Of a stretch of DNA of 46,312 nucleotides, positions 5,390 to 14,781 are shown one piece after another. The stretch lies in the IMG/VR virus record IMGVR_UViG_2974784677_000001. The stretch is one strand, 5' to 3'. The notes below the pieces were generated by a model. It did not search any database, was not told the origin of the DNA, and saw nothing but the letters and a program-made list of their open reading frames with translations. The translations under genes and the position numbers were made by a program. The first letter of the stretch is position 1. Every line of letters starts with the position of its first letter. Source of the DNA: Thalassavirus gary. Its lineage: Duplodnaviria; Heunggongvirae; Uroviricota; Caudoviricetes; Demerecviridae.

Positions 5390-7054
5390 ATGAAACAAGT
5401 TAACGAAGTAATCACAGCAAACGCAACGGCAATCATTAAAGCTGCAAAAGGTCTTAATTTTTGGGGCAAACGCCTAGACTCAAAACGCCGTGAAATTGCT
5501 ATTGCAATTCGTGATTCTCTTAAAATCACTATCCATTCTAGCGAGCTTATTGATTGGCTAGACGAAAACAAGCCAGTCAAACCAGTAAAAGCAAAAAGTC
5601 ACTCGCAGCAAGCAAAAGCTGACATTGAACCTACTTTTGCAGGTTCTATCAATGGTCGAGATTTTGACAACCTAGACGACGGTTTGTATATCTTGACGGC
5701 AGGACAGAACAACACAAAACCGCATCCAGTCTTAAATACTCTATTAGCAATTGCTAATGAGCGTGATGCAGAGTTCGGAGTTATGCCGATTAAATATACA
5801 ACCGTGCTACAGGGACGTGAACGCAAAGAGCCTAAATATCACGCAGATATTAAAAAGCATATTCTAGAGCCTGTAGATACTTGGTTAGGTGGTGAAGGTA
5901 ACGTGCTACTAGCTAACAGTGCTCAGATTCTCCCAACTGCAAAACAGCCAATTAACGCAGCCGAGCGACTAAATACAGGTGAATCATTAACTATTGTTGC
6001 TAGTCCTCGTCGCCAGACTAAAACCCTACCACGTCAAAAGAATGGGGCTTTCCGTTGGGTTTATACAACAGGTGTTTGTACTCAAATGCATTACACTGAC
6101 AGCCGAGCAGGGGCAGAAGCAGAAGCAGAACACTGTTTTGGTGGTGTGTTAATTGAAGTTCGAGACGGGCTAATCAATCACCGCCGTTTAGTAGCTGACG
6201 AAAACGGTGTTATTATTGATAACGGTTCGGTGTACTTCCCTGACGGCACTATCAAAGCTTACAATGATGTTTTTGAGCAAAAGCCTGTTATCGTGCTAGG
6301 TGATTTGCATTGTGAGAAAATGTGCGAAGACTCATTTAACAGAGCATTACGCCAGATTCACAACGAAAACCCGTCATTGGTAGTTGTTCATGATGCGCTT
6401 GATTTTATGAGCCGTAACCACCACAACCGCGAGGACTGGACATTCTTATACCAAATGCAAGACCGTGCAGTAATCGACGATTTAACCGATGTAATCAATC
6501 ACCTAAACCAGATTGCAGAATACGCGCCCGTTTTCATTGTTGAATCAAACCATGATTTAGCTCTAGATTCTTGGGTACGTGATAATAAATTCGATGTACG
6601 CAAAGACCCTAAAAACGCCCGTACATATCACGCTCTAATGCTTGCTTACATTGAAGCGATGGACAACGGCGAATTAAACGACCTTGCAAAAATGGATTTA
6701 GCATTCAGAGCACTAGCTGACAAGCTACCAGAGTTAAGCGATGATATCGAGTTCGGTAAAATCGACTCACAACGTCTAGTATTTGGTTATGATGTTTCTA
6801 TGCATGGTCATGTTGGTACAGGTGGAGCGCGTGGCTCAGCAGTATCATTCAAAAAGATGCGCATTAAAACTGTAACAGGTCACACACATTCACCTTTTGA
6901 AGATAACAATAATATTGTTGTTGGTGTAACTGGCTCTATGGAGATGGGTTATAACAAAGGTGGTACAACTTGGGACAGAGCAAACGCAGTTATTTACCCT
7001 AACTCAACTCACCAACTACTACCAACCTACCTAATCGGTGAAGCTCAATACTAA
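5390..7054 (+). CDS. A1: A1 protein (metallophosphoesterase-fold DNase; host DNA degradation and second-step transfer)
   Basis: 554 aa; GDLH, VHD, ESNHD, MHGH, GHTHSP motifs; N-terminal LNFWGKRL as in T5 A1; synteny. Confidence 0.92.
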   Translation: MKQVNEVITANATAIIKAAKGLNFWGKRLDSKRREIAIAIRDSLKITIHSSELIDWLDENKPVKPVKAKSHSQQAKADIEPTFAGSINGRDFDNLDDGLYILTAGQNNTKPHPVLNTLLAIANERDAEFGVMPIKYTTVLQGRERKEPKYHADIKKHILEPVDTWLGGEGNVLLANSAQILPTAKQPINAAERLNTGESLTIVASPRRQTKTLPRQKNGAFRWVYTTGVCTQMHYTDSRAGAEAEAEHCFGGVLIEVRDGLINHRRLVADENGVIIDNGSVYFPDGTIKAYNDVFEQKPVIVLGDLHCEKMCEDSFNRALRQIHNENPSLVVVHDALDFMSRNHHNREDWTFLYQMQDRAVIDDLTDVINHLNQIAEYAPVFIVESNHDLALDSWVRDNKFDVRKDPKNARTYHALMLAYIEAMDNGELNDLAKMDLAFRALADKLPELSDDIEFGKIDSQRLVFGYDVSMHGHVGTGGARGSAVSFKKMRIKTVTGHTHSPFEDNNNIVVGVTGSMEMGYNKGGTTWDRANAVIYPNSTHQLLPTYLIGEAQY

Positions 7055-7066
7055 TTAGTGTTTTAT

Positions 7067-7092
7067 TAATAGGCTATCAATTGATAGCCTAT
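7067..7092. terminator. Palindromic hairpin after A1
   Basis: aataggctatc-aatt-gatagcctatt. Confidence 0.55.
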
Positions 7093-7119
7093 TGCTGAAC
7101 CCATTAAGAGAGAAAAGCC

Positions 7120-7341
7120 ATGAAAAGCACACAAATTAAACTCGCAAATGTACTAGCTAGCTACTACGGCATGAAAACACAGAACCCTGCCAAAGCTAAA
7201 AAACATCTAGTACAGTTTATGAAAAAGCATGAACTAACTATGCTAGACGTACAGAATGCAATGCCTTTTGCCCGTGTCATTATTCAAAAACGTACTGATG
7301 CATTTATGAACGGCAGCACTACAGCACGATTGAACGATTAA
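7120..7341 (+). CDS. Pre-early hypothetical protein, basic (73 aa)
   Basis: AGAGAG RBS; lies between A1 and dmp. Confidence 0.75.
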   Translation: MKSTQIKLANVLASYYGMKTQNPAKAKKHLVQFMKKHELTMLDVQNAMPFARVIIQKRTDAFMNGSTTARLND

Positions 7342-7426
7342 CATTCACTAGCACATAAACCACGTGGCGGGCGCAAATGTGATGCCCGTCACACTTTTAC
7401 TTAACCGCATAAGCGAGTATTTACCA

Positions 7427-8065
7427 ATGAAAAAAGCATACATATTTGACCTAGACGGCACAACAATTGATTCTTTTCACCGTGTTGAGCCATGCCTAGA
7501 TTCACAGGGTAACTTGAATCTAGATAAATATATCAAAGAGGCTTGCACGCCTGAAAAGGTAGCCAATGACAAACTGTTGCCACTTGCCGGATACATGCAA
7601 CAACTAATCAAACAGGGTGAACTTGTTATCATCCTAACAGCTCGTTACATGCTTAATCATGATTATGTTTACCTACGCCGTAATCAATTGAGAACGCCTA
7701 TCATTTGCAGCCGTGACCAATTGAGCCGTGTATTTGGTGAAGGTAATGCAGCCCGTATCAGTGCAATGTCAGATGCACCATACAAACAACAATGGTTTGA
7801 ACATCTATTTGCTAGTATGCCACAAGTTACAGAATGGTGTTTCTTTGACGACCACGACGGTATATTAGAAATGGCTAATTCATTAAAAGGTGTAACAGCT
7901 ACCGACGCTAAATTGATGAATCAACTGTTAGAAATGCAATGGGCTGACATTTACCGCCAAGGCGAACAAGACACCGCCGAGTTGATACAAGACCTAATTG
8001 TTGAATGTTCACATCAAGACGTGATTATCAAACCGGAGTGGATTGATGAGCTTTTAGCTGAATAA
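7427..8065 (+). CDS. dmp: Deoxynucleoside-5'-monophosphatase (HAD family)
   Basis: FDLDGTTIDSFHRV and FFDDH HAD motifs; last gene of the terminal repeat as in T5; start moved to ATG 7427. Confidence 0.9.
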   Translation: MKKAYIFDLDGTTIDSFHRVEPCLDSQGNLNLDKYIKEACTPEKVANDKLLPLAGYMQQLIKQGELVIILTARYMLNHDYVYLRRNQLRTPIICSRDQLSRVFGEGNAARISAMSDAPYKQQWFEHLFASMPQVTEWCFFDDHDGILEMANSLKGVTATDAKLMNQLLEMQWADIYRQGEQDTAELIQDLIVECSHQDVIIKPEWIDELLAE

Positions 8066-8082
8066 TTAAAGAAAAGCTGTAC

Positions 8083-8140
8083 AGATGAGAATGATTACCG
8101 TCCTCAATAAGGGGGGCGGTAATGAGACTTGTTCTCATCT
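8083..8140. other. Long imperfect hairpin at the inferred terminal-repeat junction
   Basis: agatgagaa/ttctcatct outer stem plus attaccgtcctc/gggggcggtaat inner stem; no U-tract. Confidence 0.7.
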
Positions 8141-8197
8141 ACGGTGGGGTCTACACCCCCTCCCACGTAACTACTTTGGTTTTTTCGAAAAACCATT

Positions 8198-8286
8198 AAG
8201 GTGCTATTATAAAATAAAATTTTTTGAATTTTTCAAGATTAAGTAAAGGTGCTATTATAAAATAAAATTTTTTGATTTTTCAAGAT
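8198..8286 (-). repeat. Tandem 42/41-bp direct repeat, each copy with a leftward TTGAAA...TATAAT promoter-like motif
   Basis: aaggtgctattataaaataaaattttttga(a)tttttcaagat at 8198-8239 and 8246-8286; spacers 19 and 18 bp. Confidence 0.8.
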
Positions 8287-8315
8287 AAAATAAAGACACT
8301 GCTAAAACAGTGCCT
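8285..8315 (-). terminator. Terminator of the RBP gene
   Basis: Minus strand aggcactg-ttttag-cagtgtct followed by ttattttat. Confidence 0.65.
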
Positions 8316-10260
8316 ATGCCGTACCCAATATATAGAAACCTAACCGTACCTCAGGTGTCTTGTACGTTACGTCCCTCTCGCCAAGTTTATTATAATATGT
8401 TGTCTTGCCAGAATACTCAGCACACTGTAGGGCAGCATTAGTAAGTTTATACCACCCTACCAATTCTAGCTCATTGCGCACCCAATTTACCCGTATCTTA
8501 TATTGTATTCTTACAGCCTGCATCTTATTACCAGTACTAGAGAAATACCACCAAGACCTATCCGAGCTTGTTTTTGATACATCTCGCATTGTGCTGAATC
8601 CTATATCAGATACAACCGCTTCCTTATCAGGATGATCCTTACTAAATATCATGTATTGTAAGTTTGACCAGCCGGAATATCCATCAATACCTACATTCAT
8701 TTTAGACGTTTTACCAGCAATCGTGCTACTCGCCTCCCCCTTCAAGTATGGTGAGCTAACATGCACTGATAAATAGCTCTTATTAGTACTGCCTGGTGGT
8801 AGCTTTATTCTTTGTTTCACCACTGTTTTATAGTAATTCCCACATTGGTCAGGGTTCAGAACACGTCTCCAATCTGATGGCCCGAAGTCTATTACCTCTT
8901 TCTTGAATGAAGTACCTTGTTTTAATTGTGCGAAGGTATTGGTTTCAGCTGGAAATACCGCCGTAATAGCCGAATCACCGCCAAGTACAAAAGGTGTATA
9001 CTTTCTAGCCTTTGATGCTATTAAATATTCACCTTTACTTCCTTTATATTTAATCTCATCCGCCGAGAAGTCTAGTGATACGCCAGTCCCAAGAAGCGCT
9101 GACGGGGAGTGCACTAGTAGTATAGTATCAATGTTATACCAGCCTGTACCCTCATTAACACTCCAGTTACCATTGCTACTCTTAAAAAATCTACAGTAAG
9201 GGAATGGGTAGTCTGCTAGTTGTGCCAACGTCAAACCCTTTACTAGCCTGTCAAAAAACGGATACTTGACTTTATATTTATGACTAGAAATTGTACTATC
9301 TAGTAAATCTTCATTTGGAGCAGGATCCGTTATGAACATTCCGTTTTTCATAGCTAAATCCCCTACTACCATATCTTCACGAGATATGCGTATACCATCA
9401 CTTACATCAGGCTTCACATGTTCTAGTTTGTTGCTAGAATTATATTTTACATTAAATATATAAATAATTAATTTGAAGTTACTATCTGATGGGTTAGTAG
9501 ATGAGTAAGTTAGAGTAGTTGGAGCTGATGCTGTAGGTCTAATAATACGCATCCTAGATGATGTAGTACCATTAGCGAACAGTGCTCTATTTATTTTGTT
9601 TTCCTTAGTGAAACTAGCTGATGTAGCTCTACTAGCTGATGCAGACACATTTGGAGACTGAATTACTCTTTTATAGTTCTTAGTTTTCGGTGCTAAACCA
9701 GATATGCTCCAGTTATTTCTATAGTAACTTTTACTAGTAGGGTAGTCTGTTATAAATGAATCACTTTGGATACGCACTGCTTGATCCACCGTTTCGTCAG
9801 CATTAGCCATATCATGCATATCTATAGGTGCCCAACCACTGGAAATACCACCGTAAGGGTGTCCTCCTCCCATAGAACCTTGAAAATTACCTATAAATAT
9901 ATCTGCCGAAGTAGGAGACCAGTCACTAGAATATACACCTATAGGTCTATGCTCTACGTAGTTAGGGTGGTATGATACGTTTGAGCCACACATTAGGTAT
10001 CCTTGGTTCATGTAGTTCCATACCTCTTGTGGTATAACCGGTTCATAGTAGTGGTAATATCTAGTACCCGATTGTCTAGCTTCTACGTGCTTAAATTGAG
10101 TTACCTCTATAACCTTTGATATTGCTAAGTATGGTATATCTGAGTGAAATAGCGTTGAGGCTATAGGTGCCCCATGTAATTGAGAAATAGACTCACTGCC
10201 ACTAGTTACATGTAATAGTGGTCTATTATCTGAGGGCTTTCTGCCCATAAAAAGTGCCAT
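8314..10260 (-). CDS. pb5: Receptor-binding protein, pb5/Oad-like (648 aa)
   Basis: N-terminus MALFMGR...LFHSDIPYL resembles T5 pb5 (...IFHSDMPF); divergent from terS as in T5; AGGAGG RBS. Confidence 0.8.
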   Translation of the reverse strand: MALFMGRKPSDNRPLLHVTSGSESISQLHGAPIASTLFHSDIPYLAISKVIEVTQFKHVEARQSGTRYYHYYEPVIPQEVWNYMNQGYLMCGSNVSYHPNYVEHRPIGVYSSDWSPTSADIFIGNFQGSMGGGHPYGGISSGWAPIDMHDMANADETVDQAVRIQSDSFITDYPTSKSYYRNNWSISGLAPKTKNYKRVIQSPNVSASASRATSASFTKENKINRALFANGTTSSRMRIIRPTASAPTTLTYSSTNPSDSNFKLIIYIFNVKYNSSNKLEHVKPDVSDGIRISREDMVVGDLAMKNGMFITDPAPNEDLLDSTISSHKYKVKYPFFDRLVKGLTLAQLADYPFPYCRFFKSSNGNWSVNEGTGWYNIDTILLVHSPSALLGTGVSLDFSADEIKYKGSKGEYLIASKARKYTPFVLGGDSAITAVFPAETNTFAQLKQGTSFKKEVIDFGPSDWRRVLNPDQCGNYYKTVVKQRIKLPPGSTNKSYLSVHVSSPYLKGEASSTIAGKTSKMNVGIDGYSGWSNLQYMIFSKDHPDKEAVVSDIGFSTMRDVSKTSSDRSWWYFSSTGNKMQAVRIQYKIRVNWVRNELELVGWYKLTNAALQCAEYSGKTTYYNKLGERDVTYKTPEVRLGFYILGTA

Positions 10261-10282
10261 AAATAATCCTCCTGTTTTGTAT

Positions 10283-10311
10283 ATTATATCTATAATTCAA
10301 TGCTATGTCAA
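10283..10311 (-). promoter_or_regulatory. Consensus promoter for the RBP gene
   Basis: TTGACA-17 bp-TATAAT, perfect. Confidence 0.85.
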
Positions 10312-10331
10312 ATTCGATTTTTAAATTTTTG

Positions 10332-10360
10332 TTGACATTCAGGTTTGAAGATGTTATATT
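10332..10360 (+). promoter_or_regulatory. Promoter for the terS/late operon
   Basis: TTGACA-17 bp-TATATT with extended -10 TG. Confidence 0.8.
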
Positions 10361-10379
10361 AGTTGGAAAGGAGAGGAGT

Positions 10380-10850
10380 ATGACAGATAAACTACTACCA
10401 GATATTATACAACCGGAAGGACTACAGGTCGCAGAGACGTACCTGATGCTAGGTGGGGACTCTAAGAGAACTGCTACTGAGCTAAATCTTCCTGTGGCTG
10501 AAGTGGAAGCCCAACTAAAGAAAAATGAAGTACGTACTTATATTAATAGACAATTTCATGAGCAAGGATTCAGAAATAAATTTAGAATCTTCGGTGTTAT
10601 GGATCAACTATTAAATATGAAGCTTGAAGAAATCCAAGATACTCAAGTAGGTACTAGCGTAGATATTGTAGATCTAATCAAAGTAATGCATAAGATGAAG
10701 ATGGATGAAATGAAGATGGAAGTGGAGATGCTTAAAGCACAGGGAGCTACTGCTGGTCCTACAAATCAAACTAACATCCAAAACAATATTAACATGCCTG
10801 GCGGTGACGATGAGAACTATATGGCTCTCATAAATAAACTGGTGGGATAA
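10380..10850 (+). CDS. terS: Terminase small subunit
   Basis: Start moved to ATG 10380 behind AGGAG; PEGLQVAETYL and HTH-like N-terminus; TAATG-coupled to terL. Confidence 0.8.
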   Translation: MTDKLLPDIIQPEGLQVAETYLMLGGDSKRTATELNLPVAEVEAQLKKNEVRTYINRQFHEQGFRNKFRIFGVMDQLLNMKLEEIQDTQVGTSVDIVDLIKVMHKMKMDEMKMEVEMLKAQGATAGPTNQTNIQNNINMPGGDDENYMALINKLVG

Positions 10851-12169
10851 TGTTTTGTTCTAGAGATTATATAAATTGTGACAAGCTTGAGGAGTTTCCA
10901 CTAGATAAGCGATTCTTTGCTTTTGATGTGGAGAAGTTCATCGGGCAAATGAAAGCGGATAACGGACAGCCGATTATCCCTAATAGACCTCAAATAGCTA
11001 TTATTAATGCTGTAAACGATCCTAGACATCGTTTCGTAGTTGCATGTGTTAGTCGACGTGTAGGTAAATCCTTCATCTCGTTCGCGCTAGCATTCTTGAA
11101 GGCACTAGAGCCTAATAACAAGATTCTAGTGGTGGCACCTAACTACTCACTAGCAGAAATCGGTTGGGGTGAGATTAAGAAATACATCAAACAGTTTGGC
11201 TTGAAGACTGTTAAAGAGAACGCTAAAGATAAAGAAATTCTTTTATCTAATAATACACTAATCAAACTAGCATCTGCTGAGAGAGCAGATAGTGCAGTAG
11301 GTCGTTCATACGATCTTATCATCTTCGATGAGGCTGCACTATCTGATAAAGGTGGGGATGCATTCCAGGTTGCGTTACGTCCTACACTGGATAAACCTAA
11401 CTCTAAAGCTATCTTTATTAGTACACCTCGTGGTTCTAACTACTTTAAAACATACTTTGAACAAGGCAAGTCCCAAGACCCTAACCTTGCTAACTGGGTA
11501 TCAATTCACGGTACATGGCGTGATAACCCTCGTGCTAGTCCAGAGGATATTGAACAAGCTCGTATTACTAACTCGGATGCTTACTTCCGTCAAGAATACG
11601 AAGCTGACTTCTCGGTATTCGAAGGCCGTATCTACGAAGCATTTGCTATCGATAGACACGTTAGAGACCTTAGCGAAATGGACTTCGATGACGATGTTAG
11701 ATACGAAACAATTATGGGTATTGACCACGGTTACAGAGACCCAACTGCTAGCGTAGTTCTTAAGTATGACTTAGAAGAAGACATATTCTATATTACTGAC
11801 GAGTATGAAAAACAATCTAAGACTACTCGTGTACATGCAGAGAAATTCCAGCAACAAATCGACGACTTTGATGTAGACATGATTTTCTGTGATTCCGCGG
11901 CAGCTCAGTTCCGTGCTGACCTAGCTTATGAATACGACATTGCAAGCATGCCTTGTAAGAAATCTACTAATGACGCTATTAACTATATAGCGGCACTTAT
12001 AGAACAGGATAAAATCATACTAGATATTAATTGTCCTCTAACTCGTGAGATGTTTATTAACTACAGGTGGGATCCGAAAGAGGGGCTATTGAAAGAACGC
12101 CCACTTCACAACCAGTATTCTCACTTAGCGGATGCTGTGAGATATGCAATCTACTCATACTGCAGATAA
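10850..12169 (+). CDS. terL: Terminase large subunit
   Basis: Walker A SRRVGKS, Walker B LIIFDEAA, nuclease GIDHG, CDSAA and HLADAVRY; 439 aa, T5-like size. Confidence 0.96.
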   Translation: MFCSRDYINCDKLEEFPLDKRFFAFDVEKFIGQMKADNGQPIIPNRPQIAIINAVNDPRHRFVVACVSRRVGKSFISFALAFLKALEPNNKILVVAPNYSLAEIGWGEIKKYIKQFGLKTVKENAKDKEILLSNNTLIKLASAERADSAVGRSYDLIIFDEAALSDKGGDAFQVALRPTLDKPNSKAIFISTPRGSNYFKTYFEQGKSQDPNLANWVSIHGTWRDNPRASPEDIEQARITNSDAYFRQEYEADFSVFEGRIYEAFAIDRHVRDLSEMDFDDDVRYETIMGIDHGYRDPTASVVLKYDLEEDIFYITDEYEKQSKTTRVHAEKFQQQIDDFDVDMIFCDSAAAQFRADLAYEYDIASMPCKKSTNDAINYIAALIEQDKIILDINCPLTREMFINYRWDPKEGLLKERPLHNQYSHLADAVRYAIYSYCR

Positions 12170-12194
12170 TCCGAGTAGAAATTATAAAACTCAC

Positions 12195-12223
12195 TTTACA
12201 TTTACGCACTAGTACTATATACT
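12195..12223 (+). promoter_or_regulatory. Late promoter
   Basis: TTTACA-17 bp-TATACT upstream of the HNH gene. Confidence 0.65.
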
Positions 12224-12250
12224 AGATTCATAAGTTAAGGAGAAGAAGTT

Positions 12251-12724
12251 ATGGCAACTAATACCAACAAACGAGTAGCAACAAAACATATTCGCGATGG
12301 TATTAAGTCTAACTATTCCAAGAAAGACTATTGTGAGATTTGTGGTACGGAGCACGATTTAGAGCTTCACCACTACCATACGGTATCTCTACTTCTTAAA
12401 CAGTATGCCAAAGAGAATGGTACTCCCATCTCAACTGACGAGCAGGTTCTCGCTATGCGGGACGACTTCTATAAAGTACATTGGCATGAATTAGTTGATG
12501 ATACCGTAACCCTTTGTAATAGTCACCACGTAAAACTACACCAGATATATTCTCAAGAGCCTGACCTATCTACCGCTAGTAAGCAGAGGAGATGGGTCAA
12601 GATACAGCGAGATAGGCAAGGTGACTCTAGTGGAGAGACGATAATCAGTACGGGCGATAGCGCAGCTAATGCGTTGTGTAACTACATGGTTGCCACTATT
12701 TCACTAGACAAATTTAAGGTATAA
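12251..12724 (+). CDS. HNH-type nicking endonuclease (T5 head-module type)
   Basis: CEICG...LELHHYHT...LCNSHHVKLH; KHIRDGIKS motif; position between terL and portal. Confidence 0.85.
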   Translation: MATNTNKRVATKHIRDGIKSNYSKKDYCEICGTEHDLELHHYHTVSLLLKQYAKENGTPISTDEQVLAMRDDFYKVHWHELVDDTVTLCNSHHVKLHQIYSQEPDLSTASKQRRWVKIQRDRQGDSSGETIISTGDSAANALCNYMVATISLDKFKV

Positions 12725-12726
12725 AC

Positions 12727-13953
12727 ATGGGATTTAGAGACTGGTTAGTAACCAAATTAAACCCAGCCCAAGAACTTATAGCTAGAGAAGACCCTAGTTC
12801 TACTACTAGTAATAAGAAGCCTTTGACTACAACTCGTGCTTTTGAAGACGTAGAGGTTGTAAACCGTTGTGTTAACCTTTTAGTTGATAACGCTTGTCAA
12901 GTTAGATACGACATTAAAGATCAATATTCTTTTACTCCCCTTGGTTCTGGAAAGGCCAAAGGCGGTATTCGTCAAGATAAAGTAAAAGAGTTACTTAATG
13001 TTAGACCTAACCCATTTATGGACGCTAGTACTTTCTGGCGTTTAGTAATCATGGACTTTATCATGGAAGGTTGGGCATTTGTTCATTGGGATGGTTACTC
13101 ATTATATCATCTACCTGCTGCTAATATGGAAGTATATGCTGATAAGAAACAGTATATTAACAGATATATTTATGGCGCTCAGGTAGAATTTCAACCAAAT
13201 GAGATTATCTTTATTAAGGATAACGCTTATAACAGAGGTAACTCAACTCAGATTGAGGGATTCTCTAGAATCTTATCTAGCTTGGAAGGGCTGGTGAGAA
13301 GAGACAAACTGCTACAATTCAAAGAGAAATTCTTTGATAACGGTGCTGTATTTAGTTTAATACTTGAAACAGAAGCGGTACTAAACAAGAAACTTAAAAA
13401 ACGTTTCGAAGAAGAAATATCTTTAGATTATAACCCACGCACAGGTCGTTCTAGTGTTAAGGTTCTAGATGCCGGCATGAAAGCCAAAACTCTAACACCT
13501 ACTAGTTCTAAGGATTTGGATGTTAAAGCAGATGTTGACGATTTTGAACGTAAAGCATGTATTGCTTTAGGTATTCCACCATTATTACTAGACTCTGGTA
13601 ATAATGCTAACATTCGTCCTAATGTAGAGCTACTGTTCTATATGACCATTCTGCCTATGATGCGTAAATTTGAATCAGTATTTGAGACATTCTTTGGTTA
13701 TGATATTAAATTAACTACAGATGATATTACAGCGTTAGCACCAGATGCTAAAGCTGAGGCCGAAGCAGTAACCTCTAAGGTAAATAATGGTCTTATCACT
13801 CCCAACGAAGGACGTATCGAGTTACGCTACGAACCTCTAGAGGGTCAGGATATGGATAAGATTCGTATACCACAGAATATTGCAGGTTCTGGTACTGGAG
13901 TATCGGGACAGGAGGGTGGTAAACCTTCAAACTCGGACTCAGATGACAAGTAA
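12727..13953 (+). CDS. pb7: Portal protein (pb7-like, HK97 family)
   Basis: 408 aa; RPNPFM and ITPNEGR motifs; synteny. Confidence 0.93.
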   Translation: MGFRDWLVTKLNPAQELIAREDPSSTTSNKKPLTTTRAFEDVEVVNRCVNLLVDNACQVRYDIKDQYSFTPLGSGKAKGGIRQDKVKELLNVRPNPFMDASTFWRLVIMDFIMEGWAFVHWDGYSLYHLPAANMEVYADKKQYINRYIYGAQVEFQPNEIIFIKDNAYNRGNSTQIEGFSRILSSLEGLVRRDKLLQFKEKFFDNGAVFSLILETEAVLNKKLKKRFEEEISLDYNPRTGRSSVKVLDAGMKAKTLTPTSSKDLDVKADVDDFERKACIALGIPPLLLDSGNNANIRPNVELLFYMTILPMMRKFESVFETFFGYDIKLTTDDITALAPDAKAEAEAVTSKVNNGLITPNEGRIELRYEPLEGQDMDKIRIPQNIAGSGTGVSGQEGGKPSNSDSDDK

Positions 13954-14182
13954 ACAAGTAAACTTTAATACAGTCTACAACGATTACGGTGATACTCTCC
14001 CAGATAAGAGCACTTTCTTTAATGACCCTAAAAATGAGGTTACTAGAGTGATGCTTCGCTACCACTATAAAGTAGATAGTGACTGTAGAGCCTTTAAACG
14101 TTTTACAGATGAGTATGCCGAATTCGTAGCTGCATTAAAAGCATCTAAGAAACCTTCGGAGAATACTAATGAAGCTAAATAA
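13943..14182 (+). CDS. Head decoration protein, pb10 N-terminal domain only (79 aa)
   Basis: At the pb10 locus between portal and protease; YGDTLPDKSTFF resembles recalled T5 pb10 FGEKLPESHIFF; no Ig domain. Confidence 0.65.
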   Translation: MTSKQVNFNTVYNDYGDTLPDKSTFFNDPKNEVTRVMLRYHYKVDSDCRAFKRFTDEYAEFVAALKASKKPSENTNEAK

Positions 14183-14774
14183 GCCTATTGATATGGAGCT
14201 ATCCGCTAGTTTCGTGGCTAAAGCAGCTAACGATGAAGAAGATTCTCCATTGGTAATTAAGGGGTACGCTAACACAGTCAATAAAGACCGTGCAGGCGAC
14301 GTAATCCCTAAAGACGCATGGCTAGGTAAGGATGCTCTTCCTAACTATGAAAAGAACCCAATCATTCTTGCATTCCATAATCACTCTATGCCAATCGGTA
14401 AGATGGTCAGTTATGAAGTAACCGACGAAGGTCTACAGATTGAAGCAGAGATTAGCAAAGCAGCAGGGCCTGTATACCAGCTAATCAAAGACGGTATCCT
14501 AAAAACGTTTAGTGTAGGTTTCCGTTGTCTAGATGCTGAATGGAAGAAAGACGAAGATATTTATTTAATTAAAGAACTCGAACTATACGAAGTATCGGTA
14601 GTTTCTGTTCCATGTAATCAGGACTCAACATTTGAAGTATCTAAGAGTCTAAACTCTTCTGATTACAATGAATTTAGAAAACAACTTCAAGCAAAGGCTA
14701 GCAAGCCGAGCGAAACTAACGAAGTTGACGTGTTAGAAAAGCTAGCCATCGAGCTAGGAGTTATTAAAGGATAA
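14169..14774 (+). CDS. pb11: Prohead protease (HK97 type, pb11-like)
   Basis: GYANT, HNH..PIG, FSVGF, ELYEVSVVSVPCN motifs. Confidence 0.93.
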   Translation: MKLNKPIDMELSASFVAKAANDEEDSPLVIKGYANTVNKDRAGDVIPKDAWLGKDALPNYEKNPIILAFHNHSMPIGKMVSYEVTDEGLQIEAEISKAAGPVYQLIKDGILKTFSVGFRCLDAEWKKDEDIYLIKELELYEVSVVSVPCNQDSTFEVSKSLNSSDYNEFRKQLQAKASKPSETNEVDVLEKLAIELGVIKG

Positions 14775-14781
14775 GCAAATT

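Larger units (their letters stand above)
1..8200. repeat. Probable terminal repeat / first-step-transfer (pre-early) region; boundary approximate
   Basis: Contains A2-A1-dmp plus small pre-early genes, directly adjacent to pb5/terS, as at the T5 right terminal-repeat junction. The second copy is not in the window, so the boundary (between the dmp stop at 8065 and the RBP stop at 8314) is inferred. Confidence 0.7.

Noticed and set aside
1-8200. Total GATC avoidance in FST DNA
   Set aside because: GATC is present (e.g. 805, about 915, about 933, 3632); any depletion claim needs counting
11328-11756. 142-aa alternative-frame ORF inside terL, and similar shadows (8405-9975, 22340-24709, 30154-30543, 44188-44736, 45861-46233)
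   Set aside because: They overlap conserved genes and are explained by codon bias; no RBS or motif support
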